Positions 46,725-57,112 are shown, numbered from the stretch's first letter. The stretch is DNA of 64,000 nucleotides from Candidatus Latescibacterota bacterium (GCA_965203355.1 OZ241889.1:192001-256000); one strand, 5' to 3'. The notes: a model not told the origin generated them from the sequence alone. A program made the numbers and translations.

Positions 46725-48206
46725 ATGGCCCAAGTCCTGAGCACCCCTTCGCACAGCCTCAAAGAATTTCGCATTCTGCCAGGGTACACACCAACCGACG
46801 GCAACGTGCCCAACACGTCGCTCAAAACCCGGCTCTGCCGTAAAGAGGACGACTTTCTCTATCTGCACGTTCCCTTCCTCAGCGCCGCCATGCAGGCCGT
46901 GACCGGCGGCGAGATGGCCATTGCCTTGGCCCAGTTAGGCGGCATCGGCATCCTGCCCGTCAGTCAGCCTATTGACGAGCAGTGCGCCAAAATCAGCCAA
47001 GTCAAACGCTTCAAGGCCGGTTTTCAGACCGATATTCTCACCTTGGCCCCCGAGCAGCCCATTGCCGAGGTCGTCGAGATCATCCACCGCACTGGCTATA
47101 CGACCTTTCCGGTCACCACCAGCGGCCAGTTCCACGACCAACTGCTCGGCATTCTCACCGACAAGGATTTCGACGAGCGCCGCGATCTCGACTGCCAAGT
47201 GGCCTCCCGCATGAAAACCGACGTGCAGGCCGGCCGCGAAATAAGCGACCTCAAGACCGCCAACGAGCTGATGATCCGCTACGGCCGCGGCTTCCTGCCC
47301 ATTCTATCCAAAGGGGGCGTACTCCAAGCCGTAGTCTTCAAAAAGGACCTCGACAAGCACCTGCGGCACCCCAACGAATCCATCGACAAAAAGAAGCGCC
47401 TGCTCGTCGGCGCGGCCGTTTCCACCCACCCCGAGGACCGCGAGCGGGCCGAAGCCCTCATCGCGCAAGAAGTCGACGTACTCGTCATCGACGCCTCCGA
47501 CGGCCACGCCGAGTACCAGCGGCAGATGATCCAATGGCTCAAGGAGCGCACCGACGCCCCGGTCATCGGCGGCAATGTCGTCACGGCCGAGGGATTTCGC
47601 TTTTTGGCCGAGGCCGGTGCCGACGCCGTCAAAGTCGGCATGGGCATCGGCTCGGGCTGCATTACGCAGGAAGTCAAGGCCACCGGCCGCGGCCAAGGCA
47701 CGGCCTTAATGGAAATCAACGCAGCACGCAACCAGTGGCAGCAAAATTGCAACGCCTACTTGCCCATCATTGCCGACGGCGGTATTTCGGGCCCGGCCGA
47801 GGTCGCCGTGGCCATGGCCTTGGGTGCCAACGCCGTGATGATGGGGCACTTTTTCGCTGGCTACACCGAGAGCCAAGGCAACCTCGTGCGCACCACGGCC
47901 GGCGACATCGTCAAGGAATATTGGATGGAAGGTTCGCTGCGCGCCCACAACATGCGGCGCTACGCGCAGACGCAAGAGAACTTCTTCGAGGAAGGCATCT
48001 CCGGCTACGTGCCCCACATCGGCTCGATTCACGACAAGTTGCCGATTCGCATTCAGATGCTACGCGCTACCCTCGCCACGGCCGGTTGCCGCACCATCGA
48101 CGAACTACACGAAAAGGCCGTACTCGAAATGCAGTCGCCCACCGCGCTAATGGACAGCCAGATCCACGACATCGTCCCCACCCAAACCGACCAGCAGGTA
48201 CTCTAA
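46725..48206 (+). CDS. guaB: IMP dehydrogenase
   Basis: SAAMQAV, CBS pair, KVGMGIGSGCITQ catalytic Cys, IADGG, YWMEGS. Confidence 0.92.
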   Translation: MAQVLSTPSHSLKEFRILPGYTPTDGNVPNTSLKTRLCRKEDDFLYLHVPFLSAAMQAVTGGEMAIALAQLGGIGILPVSQPIDEQCAKISQVKRFKAGFQTDILTLAPEQPIAEVVEIIHRTGYTTFPVTTSGQFHDQLLGILTDKDFDERRDLDCQVASRMKTDVQAGREISDLKTANELMIRYGRGFLPILSKGGVLQAVVFKKDLDKHLRHPNESIDKKKRLLVGAAVSTHPEDRERAEALIAQEVDVLVIDASDGHAEYQRQMIQWLKERTDAPVIGGNVVTAEGFRFLAEAGADAVKVGMGIGSGCITQEVKATGRGQGTALMEINAARNQWQQNCNAYLPIIADGGISGPAEVAVAMALGANAVMMGHFFAGYTESQGNLVRTTAGDIVKEYWMEGSLRAHNMRRYAQTQENFFEEGISGYVPHIGSIHDKLPIRIQMLRATLATAGCRTIDELHEKAVLEMQSPTALMDSQIHDIVPTQTDQQVL

Positions 48207-48210
48207 GGCT

Positions 48211-48900
48211 ATGCGCTTACTCATTACCAACGCCGCGACCTCACTCGGCCAAGCCCTAGCCGCTGGCCTCGGCGACGCACACCAAGTGCGCTTGACCGAT
48301 CCCGAGCCTAGGCTCGGGATTCAGTGCGATCTAGGGCACGGTCCAGAGACTGATGCACTCGTCAAAGACATCGCCGTCGTCGTCCACCTCGCCTACACTC
48401 CGCGGGCGGGCGACGGCGAGATCACCTGGCTAGACCGCAACACGCGCGGCACGTACAATCTGCTCTTGGCGGCGGCCGCTGCCGAGGTCGAACACGTCAT
48501 CCTCTTGAGCTCCCTCGACCTTTTCGCCCCGTACGCCGCCGATCTCACCGTTGACGAGACTTGGAAGCCGCTGCCCTCCTGCGCACCAGCCGTTCTCGGC
48601 ACTCACCTAGCCGAGTTCACGGCCCGCGAATTTGCCCACAGCCACAAACTCCGCATTACCATCGCCCGCCTTGGCCATCTGGTCCGCGCCGAGGAGGTCG
48701 CCGACCAGCCTTACGACCCCATGTGGCTCGATGAGCGCGACGCCGCCCAAGCCGTGGCCCAGATTGTAAAAAAAGGGCCAGCCGGGCAGTACAGTGCCAT
48801 TCACATCCAGTCTGCGACGGCCCGCGCCCGCTTTGCTGTCGAACGCGCCAAGAGCCACCTATCGTTTGACCCCCAATACAGCTTTGAGGCCAACCCATGA
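48211..48900 (+). CDS. NAD-dependent epimerase/dehydratase-like protein (degenerate)
   Basis: Rossmann-like start, VVHLA, NTRGTYNLL; lacks a clear YxxxK. Confidence 0.7.
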   Translation: MRLLITNAATSLGQALAAGLGDAHQVRLTDPEPRLGIQCDLGHGPETDALVKDIAVVVHLAYTPRAGDGEITWLDRNTRGTYNLLLAAAAAEVEHVILLSSLDLFAPYAADLTVDETWKPLPSCAPAVLGTHLAEFTAREFAHSHKLRITIARLGHLVRAEEVADQPYDPMWLDERDAAQAVAQIVKKGPAGQYSAIHIQSATARARFAVERAKSHLSFDPQYSFEANP

Positions 48901-49631
48901 AAGTTTTGCTGCTAGGCGGCAATGGTATGCTCGGTCCACACGTGGTCGCACAACTCCAAGACACCTACGAGTTGCGCATCACCGACATCATGCCCATCGA
49001 CAGCCCGCACGAGACCATGCAGGTGGATGTCTCCGACCTCGATCAAGTGCGCCGCGCCACCGAGGGCACCGATGTCACCATCAACTGCTCGGTGCTGCGC
49101 CCCGACCGCAAGATCGCCTTCGACGTCAATACCATTGGCACGTACAACGGCATCCTCGCCGCAGTCGAGAACGGTCATGCCCGCTTCGTCAACACCGGGC
49201 CTCACTTCACCCAAGCCGGCCCCTCGTACGAGCACTATGACTTCGACATCAACGAGGAAGTGCCCCTGCATTCGGGGGTCGGCCTCTACGCTCACACCAA
49301 ATCGCTCGGCCAAGAGATTTGCCGCGTATTCGCCGCCAATCACCCCATTCACGTGCTCACCGCGCTCTTTTTGAGCTTTCGCCCGGCCGAGCCGTCAGCC
49401 GAGCAACTCGGGCGCGGTACCAATCCCTTCTCCGTCACCTTTCCCGACGCCGCACGCGCCCTGCAAAAGTGCCTAGCGGTAGATTTGGCGTCCCTGCCTT
49501 CGCGCTGCGAGATATTCCATATCACCACGGACACGCCCCACGGCTGCTACAGCAACGCCAAAGCCCGGCGGCTGTTGGGCTGGGCACCGCAAGACCTGCT
49601 CGAAGGCTACTGGCGCAAGTCGCCGGGCTAG
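48897..49631 (+). CDS. NAD-dependent epimerase/dehydrogenase (uronate dehydrogenase-like)
   Basis: GGNGMLG, NTIGTYN, YAHTK, NAKARRLLGW.P. Confidence 0.85.
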   Translation: MKVLLLGGNGMLGPHVVAQLQDTYELRITDIMPIDSPHETMQVDVSDLDQVRRATEGTDVTINCSVLRPDRKIAFDVNTIGTYNGILAAVENGHARFVNTGPHFTQAGPSYEHYDFDINEEVPLHSGVGLYAHTKSLGQEICRVFAANHPIHVLTALFLSFRPAEPSAEQLGRGTNPFSVTFPDAARALQKCLAVDLASLPSRCEIFHITTDTPHGCYSNAKARRLLGWAPQDLLEGYWRKSPG

Positions 49632-49792
49632 CCCGCGCCCGCGGGGTCGACCGCTTTATCGGTGCGCTCGACGCCCAAGACATTATCTTGGGGACTACCC
49701 ACTTACGCTAAACACCCCGACCAAGCCGACCTGCAAACGGCATGACCACTGCTTTCGGGCTAGCCGAGGAGGTCTTCGCCGAGTGGGAGTAA
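49632..49792 (+). pseudogene. Possible eroded 3' gene remnant
   Basis: Protein-like pieces in shifting frames (RGVDRFIGALDAQDIILG / YAKHPDQADLQ / GMTTAFGLAEEVFAEWE*), ending 4 nt before the next ATG. Confidence 0.35.
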
Positions 49793-49796
49793 GCCA

Positions 49797-50600
49797 ATGA
49801 GTAAGCCAAGGAGCTTCCGAGAGCGCGTCTATCACTTTATCGAGCCAGACCACGAGCCAGGGCGCATCGTCGATGTGGCCATCATCGTCCTGATCCTGCT
49901 CAACATCGTCGCTCTGATCCTCGAAACCGTCGAGCCGATCTACAACCTCAATCGCACGGCCTTTGAGCTTTTTGAGGATTTCTCATTGACCGTGTTCGCG
50001 ATTGAATACGCGATACGCCTGTGGGCCATTACGGCCAATTCGCGATTTTCGCGTCCAGTGACCGGGCGCATCCGCTTTGCCTTAACGCCTCTCGCCATCA
50101 CCGACCTGTTGGCTATTCTTCCTTTATTGCTACCGCCCTCGAGCGTGGACGCGCGCTTTATTCGCGTCATCCGCGTCCTGCGGATCTTCCGCGTCCTCAA
50201 GCTGGTGCGCTATTTCCGCGCCCTGCGCCTGCTCGGCCAAGTCATTGCCGATCGCAAAGAAGAGTTGGTCAGCATCTTCTTAGTGCTTCTGATTCTGTTG
50301 GCCCTCTCCTCATCGCTGATGTACTTCGTCGAGCACGAGGACCAGCCCGAGGTCTTTACCAGCATTCCGAGCACCATGTGGTGGAGCATCGTCACGTTGA
50401 CCACGGTCGGCTACGGCGATACCTATCCAATTACCCCCCTCGGCCAGACCATCGCCGCCATCATCGCCATCTTGGGGATCGGCATGTTCGCGTTGCCGGC
50501 CGGCATCCTCGGCGCGGGATTCGTCGAGGCCCTAGCCGCGAATCGGTCAGAAGACTCAGAGCGCCGCTGCCCGCACTGCGGCGAGCCGCTCGACCAATAA
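49797..50600 (+). CDS. Voltage-gated potassium channel (6TM)
   Basis: S4 R..R..R..R..K..R pattern and TTVGYGD selectivity filter; C-terminal CPHCG. Confidence 0.93.
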   Translation: MSKPRSFRERVYHFIEPDHEPGRIVDVAIIVLILLNIVALILETVEPIYNLNRTAFELFEDFSLTVFAIEYAIRLWAITANSRFSRPVTGRIRFALTPLAITDLLAILPLLLPPSSVDARFIRVIRVLRIFRVLKLVRYFRALRLLGQVIADRKEELVSIFLVLLILLALSSSLMYFVEHEDQPEVFTSIPSTMWWSIVTLTTVGYGDTYPITPLGQTIAAIIAILGIGMFALPAGILGAGFVEALAANRSEDSERRCPHCGEPLDQ

Positions 50601-50633
50601 AAAAGCGGCCAGGGCAAAAGCCCCGGCCGCTTC
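50599..50633. terminator. Stem-loop terminator between convergent genes
   Basis: AAGCGGCCAGGGC-AAAA-GCCCCGGCCGCTT with a flanking A-run. Confidence 0.65.
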
Positions 50634-50824
50634 TATAGCTGCTAAACAGACGTTATTTCACTTAGCTTCTTCTTCGCTAAACGCACTCATGCGATTTTTA
50701 AGCGGCCTATTCGCACGGCCATTTTGCGCCCCACCTGGCCGTTTCTGCGATCCAGACCATGTCAGACCGCCTCCTTTCGCTTCAAAACTCAAAATTCAAA
50801 AAATGACCCCAAGCGGTCTTTCTC

Positions 50825-51100
50825 TCAGAAAAACGCGATTTTGACCAGCAGGGCCAAAATAGCCGGGCCGTATACAAATTTGAGCAACGCCAAATCGCGC
50901 TCGACTTTGGTAAAACGCTCGTTAAATTGCGCTTTCAAATCGGCCAAGTCCTCTTTGGTAGCCGCTTTCAAATCGGCCAAGTCCTCTTTGGTCGCCAACC
51001 GCTCGGTGTGGGGAATCGCCCCCGCAGCCGCCTTGGCCTTTTCTTCGGACGTTCCGGCCTCGACCAGCGCATCATAGACTTCAGCAACAATCAAACTCAT
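50825..51100 (-). CDS. DUF1640/CCDC90-like coiled-coil membrane protein
   Basis: YDALVEAG.SEEKA head, ATKEDLADLKA twice (33-bp repeat), C-terminal TM; ATG at 51100 with purine-rich RBS. Confidence 0.75.
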   Translation of the reverse strand: MSLIVAEVYDALVEAGTSEEKAKAAAGAIPHTERLATKEDLADLKAATKEDLADLKAQFNERFTKVERDLALLKFVYGPAILALLVKIAFF

Positions 51101-51133
51101 CGCTTCCCTTCTCGGTTGTTCGGTCAAAAGCCA

Positions 51134-52195
51134 TCAATCGAGCGGCAACTCCACCCGCCGCCCTTCCGCCATGCTGATCTGCACGGCCTCGGTGAATTCC
51201 ATGTACTTGACGCCATCGGCGAAGCTGGTGTGCGTAACGGGCCGGCCGTCGCGGATGGCAGCGACGAAATCCTCTTCCACCTGCCAGCCGTCGCACGGAT
51301 GCTCGGGGATGTCGAAGGATTGGTACTCGTCGTCGCCCTCGCCAGCTATCCATATCCCACTCTCGTCCATCTTAAACGAGCCTTTGGTTCCGTAAAAGGC
51401 AAAGGCAAAAGGAGACCCTAAGCGCACGACGCTGCTCAAGTGATAGACCGCGGTCGCGCCGCTTGTCATCTCGGCGACAATACCCAAGCTCTCCGGCACA
51501 TCGGCCGGTGCTCTCTTCCCCGTCTCCTCGTCGAGCCGCTCGGTCGTAAACGTCTTGCCGTAGGCTATGACGGCCTTTTCGTGCCCGGCATAGCGCCGCA
51601 CCGTCTCGTTGCCAATACCCATCACCATGATGTTGTTGCCAGACAAATCGCGGCGCTGCCGCCAGTGCAGGGGCGCATCCGGGTTGTAGCCGCCAGAGAG
51701 ACCGGTGAAGTGAATTTCCAACAAGTCGCCGAAAAAACCGCTGTGCAGCTTGTCAAGCAACAGCGGCTCGGCCGACAAGTAAAAGGGGGCCGGCACGACC
51801 ATTGCCACCTTGTCCGTTTGCTGGGCGGCTGCGTACATCTGCCGCGCCTCGGCCAGATTCATACACATCCGCGCCTCGGTCAGCACGTGTTTGCCCGCTT
51901 CAAGCCCGGCCAGCGTCATCGGACAGTGCATATAGGGCCACGTGCCGATGCAAATCGCATCGACATCGTCGCTGGCGATCAGTGCCCGCCAGTCCGCAAA
52001 GACCTGTGAGATGCCGTACTCGTCGGCGATCCGTTGGCCCGATTCGCGCGAGCGATTGCAGACTGCGGTTATTTCGACTCCGTCAATACCTTGGAAACCG
52101 GGGATGTGCTGTAGGCGGGTGTTGGCTCCCGCGCCGATTAGGCCGATGCGAAGTGTCAAGTCATTTTCCTCACTATTTTTATTTGCGTGTACCAA
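51134..52195 (-). CDS. Gfo/Idh/MocA oxidoreductase
   Basis: IGLIGAG, DVDAICIGT, GKHVLTEARM. Confidence 0.9.
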   Translation of the reverse strand: MVHANKNSEENDLTLRIGLIGAGANTRLQHIPGFQGIDGVEITAVCNRSRESGQRIADEYGISQVFADWRALIASDDVDAICIGTWPYMHCPMTLAGLEAGKHVLTEARMCMNLAEARQMYAAAQQTDKVAMVVPAPFYLSAEPLLLDKLHSGFFGDLLEIHFTGLSGGYNPDAPLHWRQRRDLSGNNIMVMGIGNETVRRYAGHEKAVIAYGKTFTTERLDEETGKRAPADVPESLGIVAEMTSGATAVYHLSSVVRLGSPFAFAFYGTKGSFKMDESGIWIAGEGDDEYQSFDIPEHPCDGWQVEEDFVAAIRDGRPVTHTSFADGVKYMEFTEAVQISMAEGRRVELPLD

Positions 52196-52337
52196 CCATA
52201 CAACTGACGAAAGCCATTATCCTCAATAGCTTCTGTCATGAGGTATCTCCTCGGCGCGATCTCTTTGAGTCAATATAGCCGGAAGCTACTAGGCAATCAA
52301 ATGGACCTTGACCTATCACGTCGAGAAAAATCCTAGG

Positions 52338-53798
52338 TCAACGCCACTCGTAAAACGACTTACGCGCTAACCGGTACGCATCGGCGGGCCGATCAATCGC
52401 CGTCGCCCCGCCCGAGGCCACTTCAATTATGCGACCGCACACCGGCTCGTACGCGGCTCTGGGTGCTACCGCGCCCTTGGCCACCAAGATGCGCTGGTGC
52501 TCAGGCTGGATTCCCGCACAAGTAATCTGGTGAATACTGTTGGGACAAGCGCGCGCGCTGTTGAGCAAGAGCAGCCCTTTGCTCCCGGCTTGTTCTACTT
52601 GCACGACTGCGGTCGGCCCCTGGTTGAAATAGCGACCCCCACCGTGCCGACGCTCGCGCTCCTCGTACGACCCGTCGTGTAGCGTCCGCACCTGCCCGCC
52701 GATCGCCAAGGTCGGCCCGTGCATGTCATCGGTCTTGCCGCCCACGCGAAGCTGGACCTGCCCACCGACGCCGGCAGCAAAACACGCCTGCGCACTTTCG
52801 GCGTCCCAGACCGACACGACCCAGCCATCGGCCCCCTGCGCGAGCAACTGCTCCAACACAAACGTCGAGTCCCCGGACGAGCCGCCGCCGATGTTGTCGC
52901 CCATGTCGAGCAAACACACGGGCGCCTCCGCGCTCGCTAACGCCAACCGCACCGCCTCGGCTGGGTCGGGCACCGCTGGCTTTAACTGGTCGCGGCTGGC
53001 CCACATCTGCGCACCCAACCTCTCGGCCTCGCGTTGCGCTGTTGCTTCGTCTCCGTCCGCAATCACCACAATCGCCGGTCCCATGTAGGGCACGTCCGCG
53101 TATTGGTATCCAGCGGCGATGCTGCATCCGAGAATCCCCGCTTGGGATTCCAACTCAATCGCCGCCTGCATCAGCGGCTGCATGGGCGCGACACTCGTGT
53201 TGTGGAAGTAAATGTTGAAGAGCACTTCTGGTTTGACTAGTGCCATCTTGGGCTGAACCTCGCCGCGAATCTGCCGCGTCAGAATGGACGCAGCCTGCAA
53301 GCCTCGTTCCCGCTGGTCAATGTGGGGATTGGTCTTGTAGACGATCAAAGAATCGGCCGCAGCCACTAGCTCCGGGGGCACGTTGGCGTGGTAATCGTGG
53401 GTCACGGCGACGGGCAAATCGCCCACCAGCGCACGCACCCGGCGCACGGTCTCGCCGTCAGCTTGGGGAAATCCTTCGGCGACCATGGCCCCGTGTAGTG
53501 CCAACAACACCCCGTCGAGCCTAGGGGCCGCCTCCAGTCCGCCGAGGATGCGTCCGACAAAGTGCTCGTACGCGTCTGCCGTCACTGGGCCGCCCGGCGT
53601 CGCCGAGGTGGCTAGCAGCGGATAGAGTTCATAGCCAAACTCCTCCGCCCCGGCGATATAGCCGGCGATCTCGTGGAAAGTTCCCGCGTACTGGCCAATC
53701 ACATCCGCGCCTTCACAGGCCCCGAAGTCCGCCCGCTGCGTCGGCTGCGAATAAAACGAATTCGACTCGTGGGAAAAACCTGCCATTGCAATGCGCAT
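52338..53798 (-). CDS. M81 (MlrC-like) metallopeptidase
   Basis: HESNSF, LALHGAM, HDYHAN, YKTNPHID, DNIGGG. Confidence 0.9.
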   Translation of the reverse strand: MRIAMAGFSHESNSFYSQPTQRADFGACEGADVIGQYAGTFHEIAGYIAGAEEFGYELYPLLATSATPGGPVTADAYEHFVGRILGGLEAAPRLDGVLLALHGAMVAEGFPQADGETVRRVRALVGDLPVAVTHDYHANVPPELVAAADSLIVYKTNPHIDQRERGLQAASILTRQIRGEVQPKMALVKPEVLFNIYFHNTSVAPMQPLMQAAIELESQAGILGCSIAAGYQYADVPYMGPAIVVIADGDEATAQREAERLGAQMWASRDQLKPAVPDPAEAVRLALASAEAPVCLLDMGDNIGGGSSGDSTFVLEQLLAQGADGWVVSVWDAESAQACFAAGVGGQVQLRVGGKTDDMHGPTLAIGGQVRTLHDGSYEERERRHGGGRYFNQGPTAVVQVEQAGSKGLLLLNSARACPNSIHQITCAGIQPEHQRILVAKGAVAPRAAYEPVCGRIIEVASGGATAIDRPADAYRLARKSFYEWR

Positions 53799-53878
53799 TC
53801 GGTATCGCCTTTCTAGCGAGCCGATCGCTCGGCCATCTCGCCTGTCTTAGAATATGGTGTTATCTTTTTCAAACGCTT

Positions 53879-54940
53879 ATGAACCGCTCGCAAAAGATAT
53901 TTACCTATAAAAAGACGAAGCGCCTAACGCAAATGGTCGCCTGCGGCGGCTGAGCTTCCAAGCTGCGCCCCGACCAGTTGCGGCGCATCCTGGCAGGTCT
54001 GCCAGCAAACGCGGATCCCAACCTGCTAGTCGGCTTCAACCTCGCCGACGACGCCGGAGTCTATCGTCTTAACGAGCGCGAGGCCCTCGTGCAGACCGTT
54101 GATTTCTTCACCCCCATCGTCGACGATCCCTACACCTTTGGGGCCATTGCCGCGGCCAATTCGCTCAGCGACGTGTACGCCATGGGCGGCAAGCCGCTCA
54201 CCGCGCTCAACATCGCGGGCTTTCCCGCCGACGATCTCGATCCCCAAGTGTTCAACGAGATTCTGCGCGGCGGCCAAGCCAAAGCGGCTGAAGCCGGCTG
54301 CACACTCGTCGGCGGACACACCGTGCAAGACCCCGAGTTAAAGTACGGCCTCGCCGTCACCGGCCTCGTCCACCCGGACCGCATCTACACCAATGCTGGT
54401 GCCCAACCCGGCGACCGTCTCATCCTCAGCAAAAAACTGGGCACCGGGCTGATCGCCAACGCCTTCAAGGCCGGTCACCTCGCCGAAGCCGACCTCGCCG
54501 AAGCCGTGGAATCCATGCTCGCGCTCAACAAGGCTGGTGCTGAAATCCTGCCGGACTTTGCCGTCCACGCCTGCACCGACATCACCGGCTTCGGTCTTTT
54601 AGGGCACGCCGCAGAAATGGCCGAGGGCAGCCAAGTGGGCATGATCTTTTACGCGGCCCAAGTTCCAGCCTTAGCCCATAGCTTGGCGCTGGCCGCTAAG
54701 GGACTGGCAGGCGGTTCCCGCGACAATCAGCTTTTCTTGGAACCCAAAGTCGCCATCGCCGACGGCGTCGATCCGGCCCGCGCCCATCTCCTCTTTGACG
54801 CCCAGACCTCCGGAGGCCTGCTCATCGCCGTGGCCGCAGCCGAGGCCGCAGCCCTCCTCCGTGCCCTCCAACTAGACGCCGCTGCGATCGTCGGCGAAGT
54901 TACCAAAGAAAATCCCGGCCGCATCTTCGTCGAGCCATAA
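53879..54940 (+). CDS. selD: Selenide, water dikinase (Sec-containing)
   Basis: DDAGVY, TVDFFTP, ANSLSDVYAMGG, TDITGFGLLGH, DAQTSGGLL. In-frame upstream RLTQMVACGG-U(TGA 53951-53953)-ASKL supplies the catalytic U-x-x-K. Confidence 0.93.
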
Positions 54941-54965
54941 CCGCGATTTTGCCTGCCGGGACCAT

Positions 54966-56057
54966 ATGGCCCATCGCCCTCGCATCCTCTTCCTTGCCCG
55001 CCGCTATCCGCCCACTATCGGCGGTATCCAGACCCATTGCCACGCCCTGCACGCCCAGCTCGTGCAACAGGCCCAAGTCCGCCTTGTCGCGCTGGGCCGC
55101 CAGTCGCTTTTGCACTTGACTTGGTTCCTTCCCTATTGCTTTGTGGTCGCCTTTTGGGCCGTGCTCTGCCGCCGCATTGATGCCGTGTACTTCGCCGACG
55201 GGGTCGCCGCTTCGTTGGCTCCGCTCTTGCGCCCTTTGGGTCCGGCGCGATTCATCACCACCGTCTACGGCCTCGAAATGACCTACGAAAATCCCCTCGC
55301 ACGCACCCTGATGCACTGGGGAGTCCGAGCCTGCGACAAGGTCGTCGTCATCAGCCAACACAGCCGCCGCCTTACCGCGGCGAGCGGCGTCCCCGCGGAC
55401 AAGTTAGCCATCATCTATCTAGGAGTTGAACCACTGGAGTTAGCACCAGACGAACTGGCAGCAGTCAGAAAGCACTTTGAGGAAAAACACGGGCTGCGTT
55501 TTGGCCAAGACCGCATCCTGCTGCTTTTTGGCCGTCAAGTTCCCCGCAAGGGCATGGTCGAATTTTTGGCAAAGGGAATGCCCCTGCTCGACGCGGATAT
55601 ACGCCTCTTGATCGGCGGTCCTCCAAGCAGCGAAACCGCGCGCTTGCAGGAGCACTGTCGATCGGACGACCTAAAAGATCGCGTCGTCTTGCTCGGACCA
55701 GTCCCCAGCGATGTGCTGGCCATGCTGCGCGCCAGTTGCGATCTTTTTCTCATGCCCAACATCCACATACCCGGCGACGTTGAAGGCTTCGGCCAAACCC
55801 AACTCGAATGTATGTACGCCGGCACCCCGGCTGTAGCCTTTGCCGTCGATGCTCTGACCGAGAGTGTGCGCGAAGGCGGATTCCTCGTTGACCCGCAAGA
55901 TTACCCAGCCTTCGTCGAGCAAATCCACCGCTTCTTCGCCCTCAGCCCAGCGGAACGCGCCGCGCTAGGCCACCAGTGCCGCGCCTACGTGCAACGCGAA
56001 TACTCCGAGAAAAAAATCGCCGGCCAATACATGGACCTTTTTACCGGAAAGGCTTAA
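54966..56057 (+). CDS. Glycosyltransferase family 4
   Basis: YPPTIGGIQ, GRQVPRKG, EGFGQTQLE. Confidence 0.9.
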   Translation: MAHRPRILFLARRYPPTIGGIQTHCHALHAQLVQQAQVRLVALGRQSLLHLTWFLPYCFVVAFWAVLCRRIDAVYFADGVAASLAPLLRPLGPARFITTVYGLEMTYENPLARTLMHWGVRACDKVVVISQHSRRLTAASGVPADKLAIIYLGVEPLELAPDELAAVRKHFEEKHGLRFGQDRILLLFGRQVPRKGMVEFLAKGMPLLDADIRLLIGGPPSSETARLQEHCRSDDLKDRVVLLGPVPSDVLAMLRASCDLFLMPNIHIPGDVEGFGQTQLECMYAGTPAVAFAVDALTESVREGGFLVDPQDYPAFVEQIHRFFALSPAERAALGHQCRAYVQREYSEKKIAGQYMDLFTGKA

Positions 56058-56062
56058 ACGCC

Positions 56063-57112
56063 ATGTACTATACCGAACTCGATACCCCGGCCCTCTGCGT
56101 CGATCTCGACATACTGGAGAAAAACATCCGCGACCTGCAAAACGCCTGCGACCAACTCAAAATCGGCCTGCGCGTCCACACCAAGACCCACAAGACGCCG
56201 GCCATTGCACACAGGCAAATCGCCGCCGGGGCCATGGGCATCGTCAGCCAGAAGTTAGGCGAGGCCGAGGCCATGGCCGACAGCGGCATCGAGGACATCC
56301 TGATTCCCTACAACATCGTCGGCCCGCCCAAGCTAGCGCGCCTGACGCGCCTAATCCAAACCGGCAAGAGCACGATAACGGTCGCCGCCGATTCCGCCGC
56401 CACTGTTGACGGGCTTTCGCAGGCCGCCACGGCCGCTGGTTGCCGCATCCGCACAATCGTCGAAATGGACACCGGCGGTGGTCGCGTCGGCACCCAATCG
56501 CCCGCTGACACCCTGGCGCTGGCCCAGCACATTGACCAATTACCGGGGCTGGACTTTACCGGCGCGATGACCTATCCCAGCAGCGAGCGCGCCCGCCCCT
56601 TCCTCAACGCGGTACGCGAAGGAGCACGCAAAAGCGGCTTGCCCTTGCACATCATCAGCGGCGGCGGCACTGGCAGCGAAGCCATTTCCAAATCCCTCGG
56701 CTGCACCGAGACCCGCATCGGCTCGTACGCCTATGAGGGCATGACGCGCGTGGGTAAGCGCGACGACCTCGACCCTACCCGCTGTCCGCTGCGCTTGGTC
56801 ACCACCGTGGTCAGCACCTCGCGCCCGGGACAAGCCATCGTCGATGCCGGCCAGAAAGCCTTCACCAGCTACCCGCCGATCCCGTATGGCTACTGCATCG
56901 AGCAACCGGAGCTTTTTATCAAAGGCATGTCCGTCGAGCACGGCCACGTCGATACGACCGCCGCAGACCGTCCGGTCAACGTAGGCGATATTCTCTCTTT
57001 CATCCCCCTGCACGGCGGCATGACCACCAACCTCCACGACCGCCTCTTCGCCCTCCGCAACGGCGAGGTCGTCGAAGAATGGGCCATCGCTGGCCGCGGC
57101 CGCGGCCAGTAG
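56063..57112 (+). CDS. PLP-dependent DSD1/D-threonine aldolase-family enzyme
   Basis: LDTPAL, RVHTKTHK, SGGGT, DAGQKA, SVEHG. Confidence 0.88.
   Translation: MYYTELDTPALCVDLDILEKNIRDLQNACDQLKIGLRVHTKTHKTPAIAHRQIAAGAMGIVSQKLGEAEAMADSGIEDILIPYNIVGPPKLARLTRLIQTGKSTITVAADSAATVDGLSQAATAAGCRIRTIVEMDTGGGRVGTQSPADTLALAQHIDQLPGLDFTGAMTYPSSERARPFLNAVREGARKSGLPLHIISGGGTGSEAISKSLGCTETRIGSYAYEGMTRVGKRDDLDPTRCPLRLVTTVVSTSRPGQAIVDAGQKAFTSYPPIPYGYCIEQPELFIKGMSVEHGHVDTTAADRPVNVGDILSFIPLHGGMTTNLHDRLFALRNGEVVEEWAIAGRGRGQ

Noticed and set aside
50707-50760. 17-codon minus-strand ORF (MVWIAETARWGAKWPCE) with strong AAAGGAGG RBS
   Set aside because: Too short to assign; could be a deletion remnant or microprotein, but there is no supporting motif.
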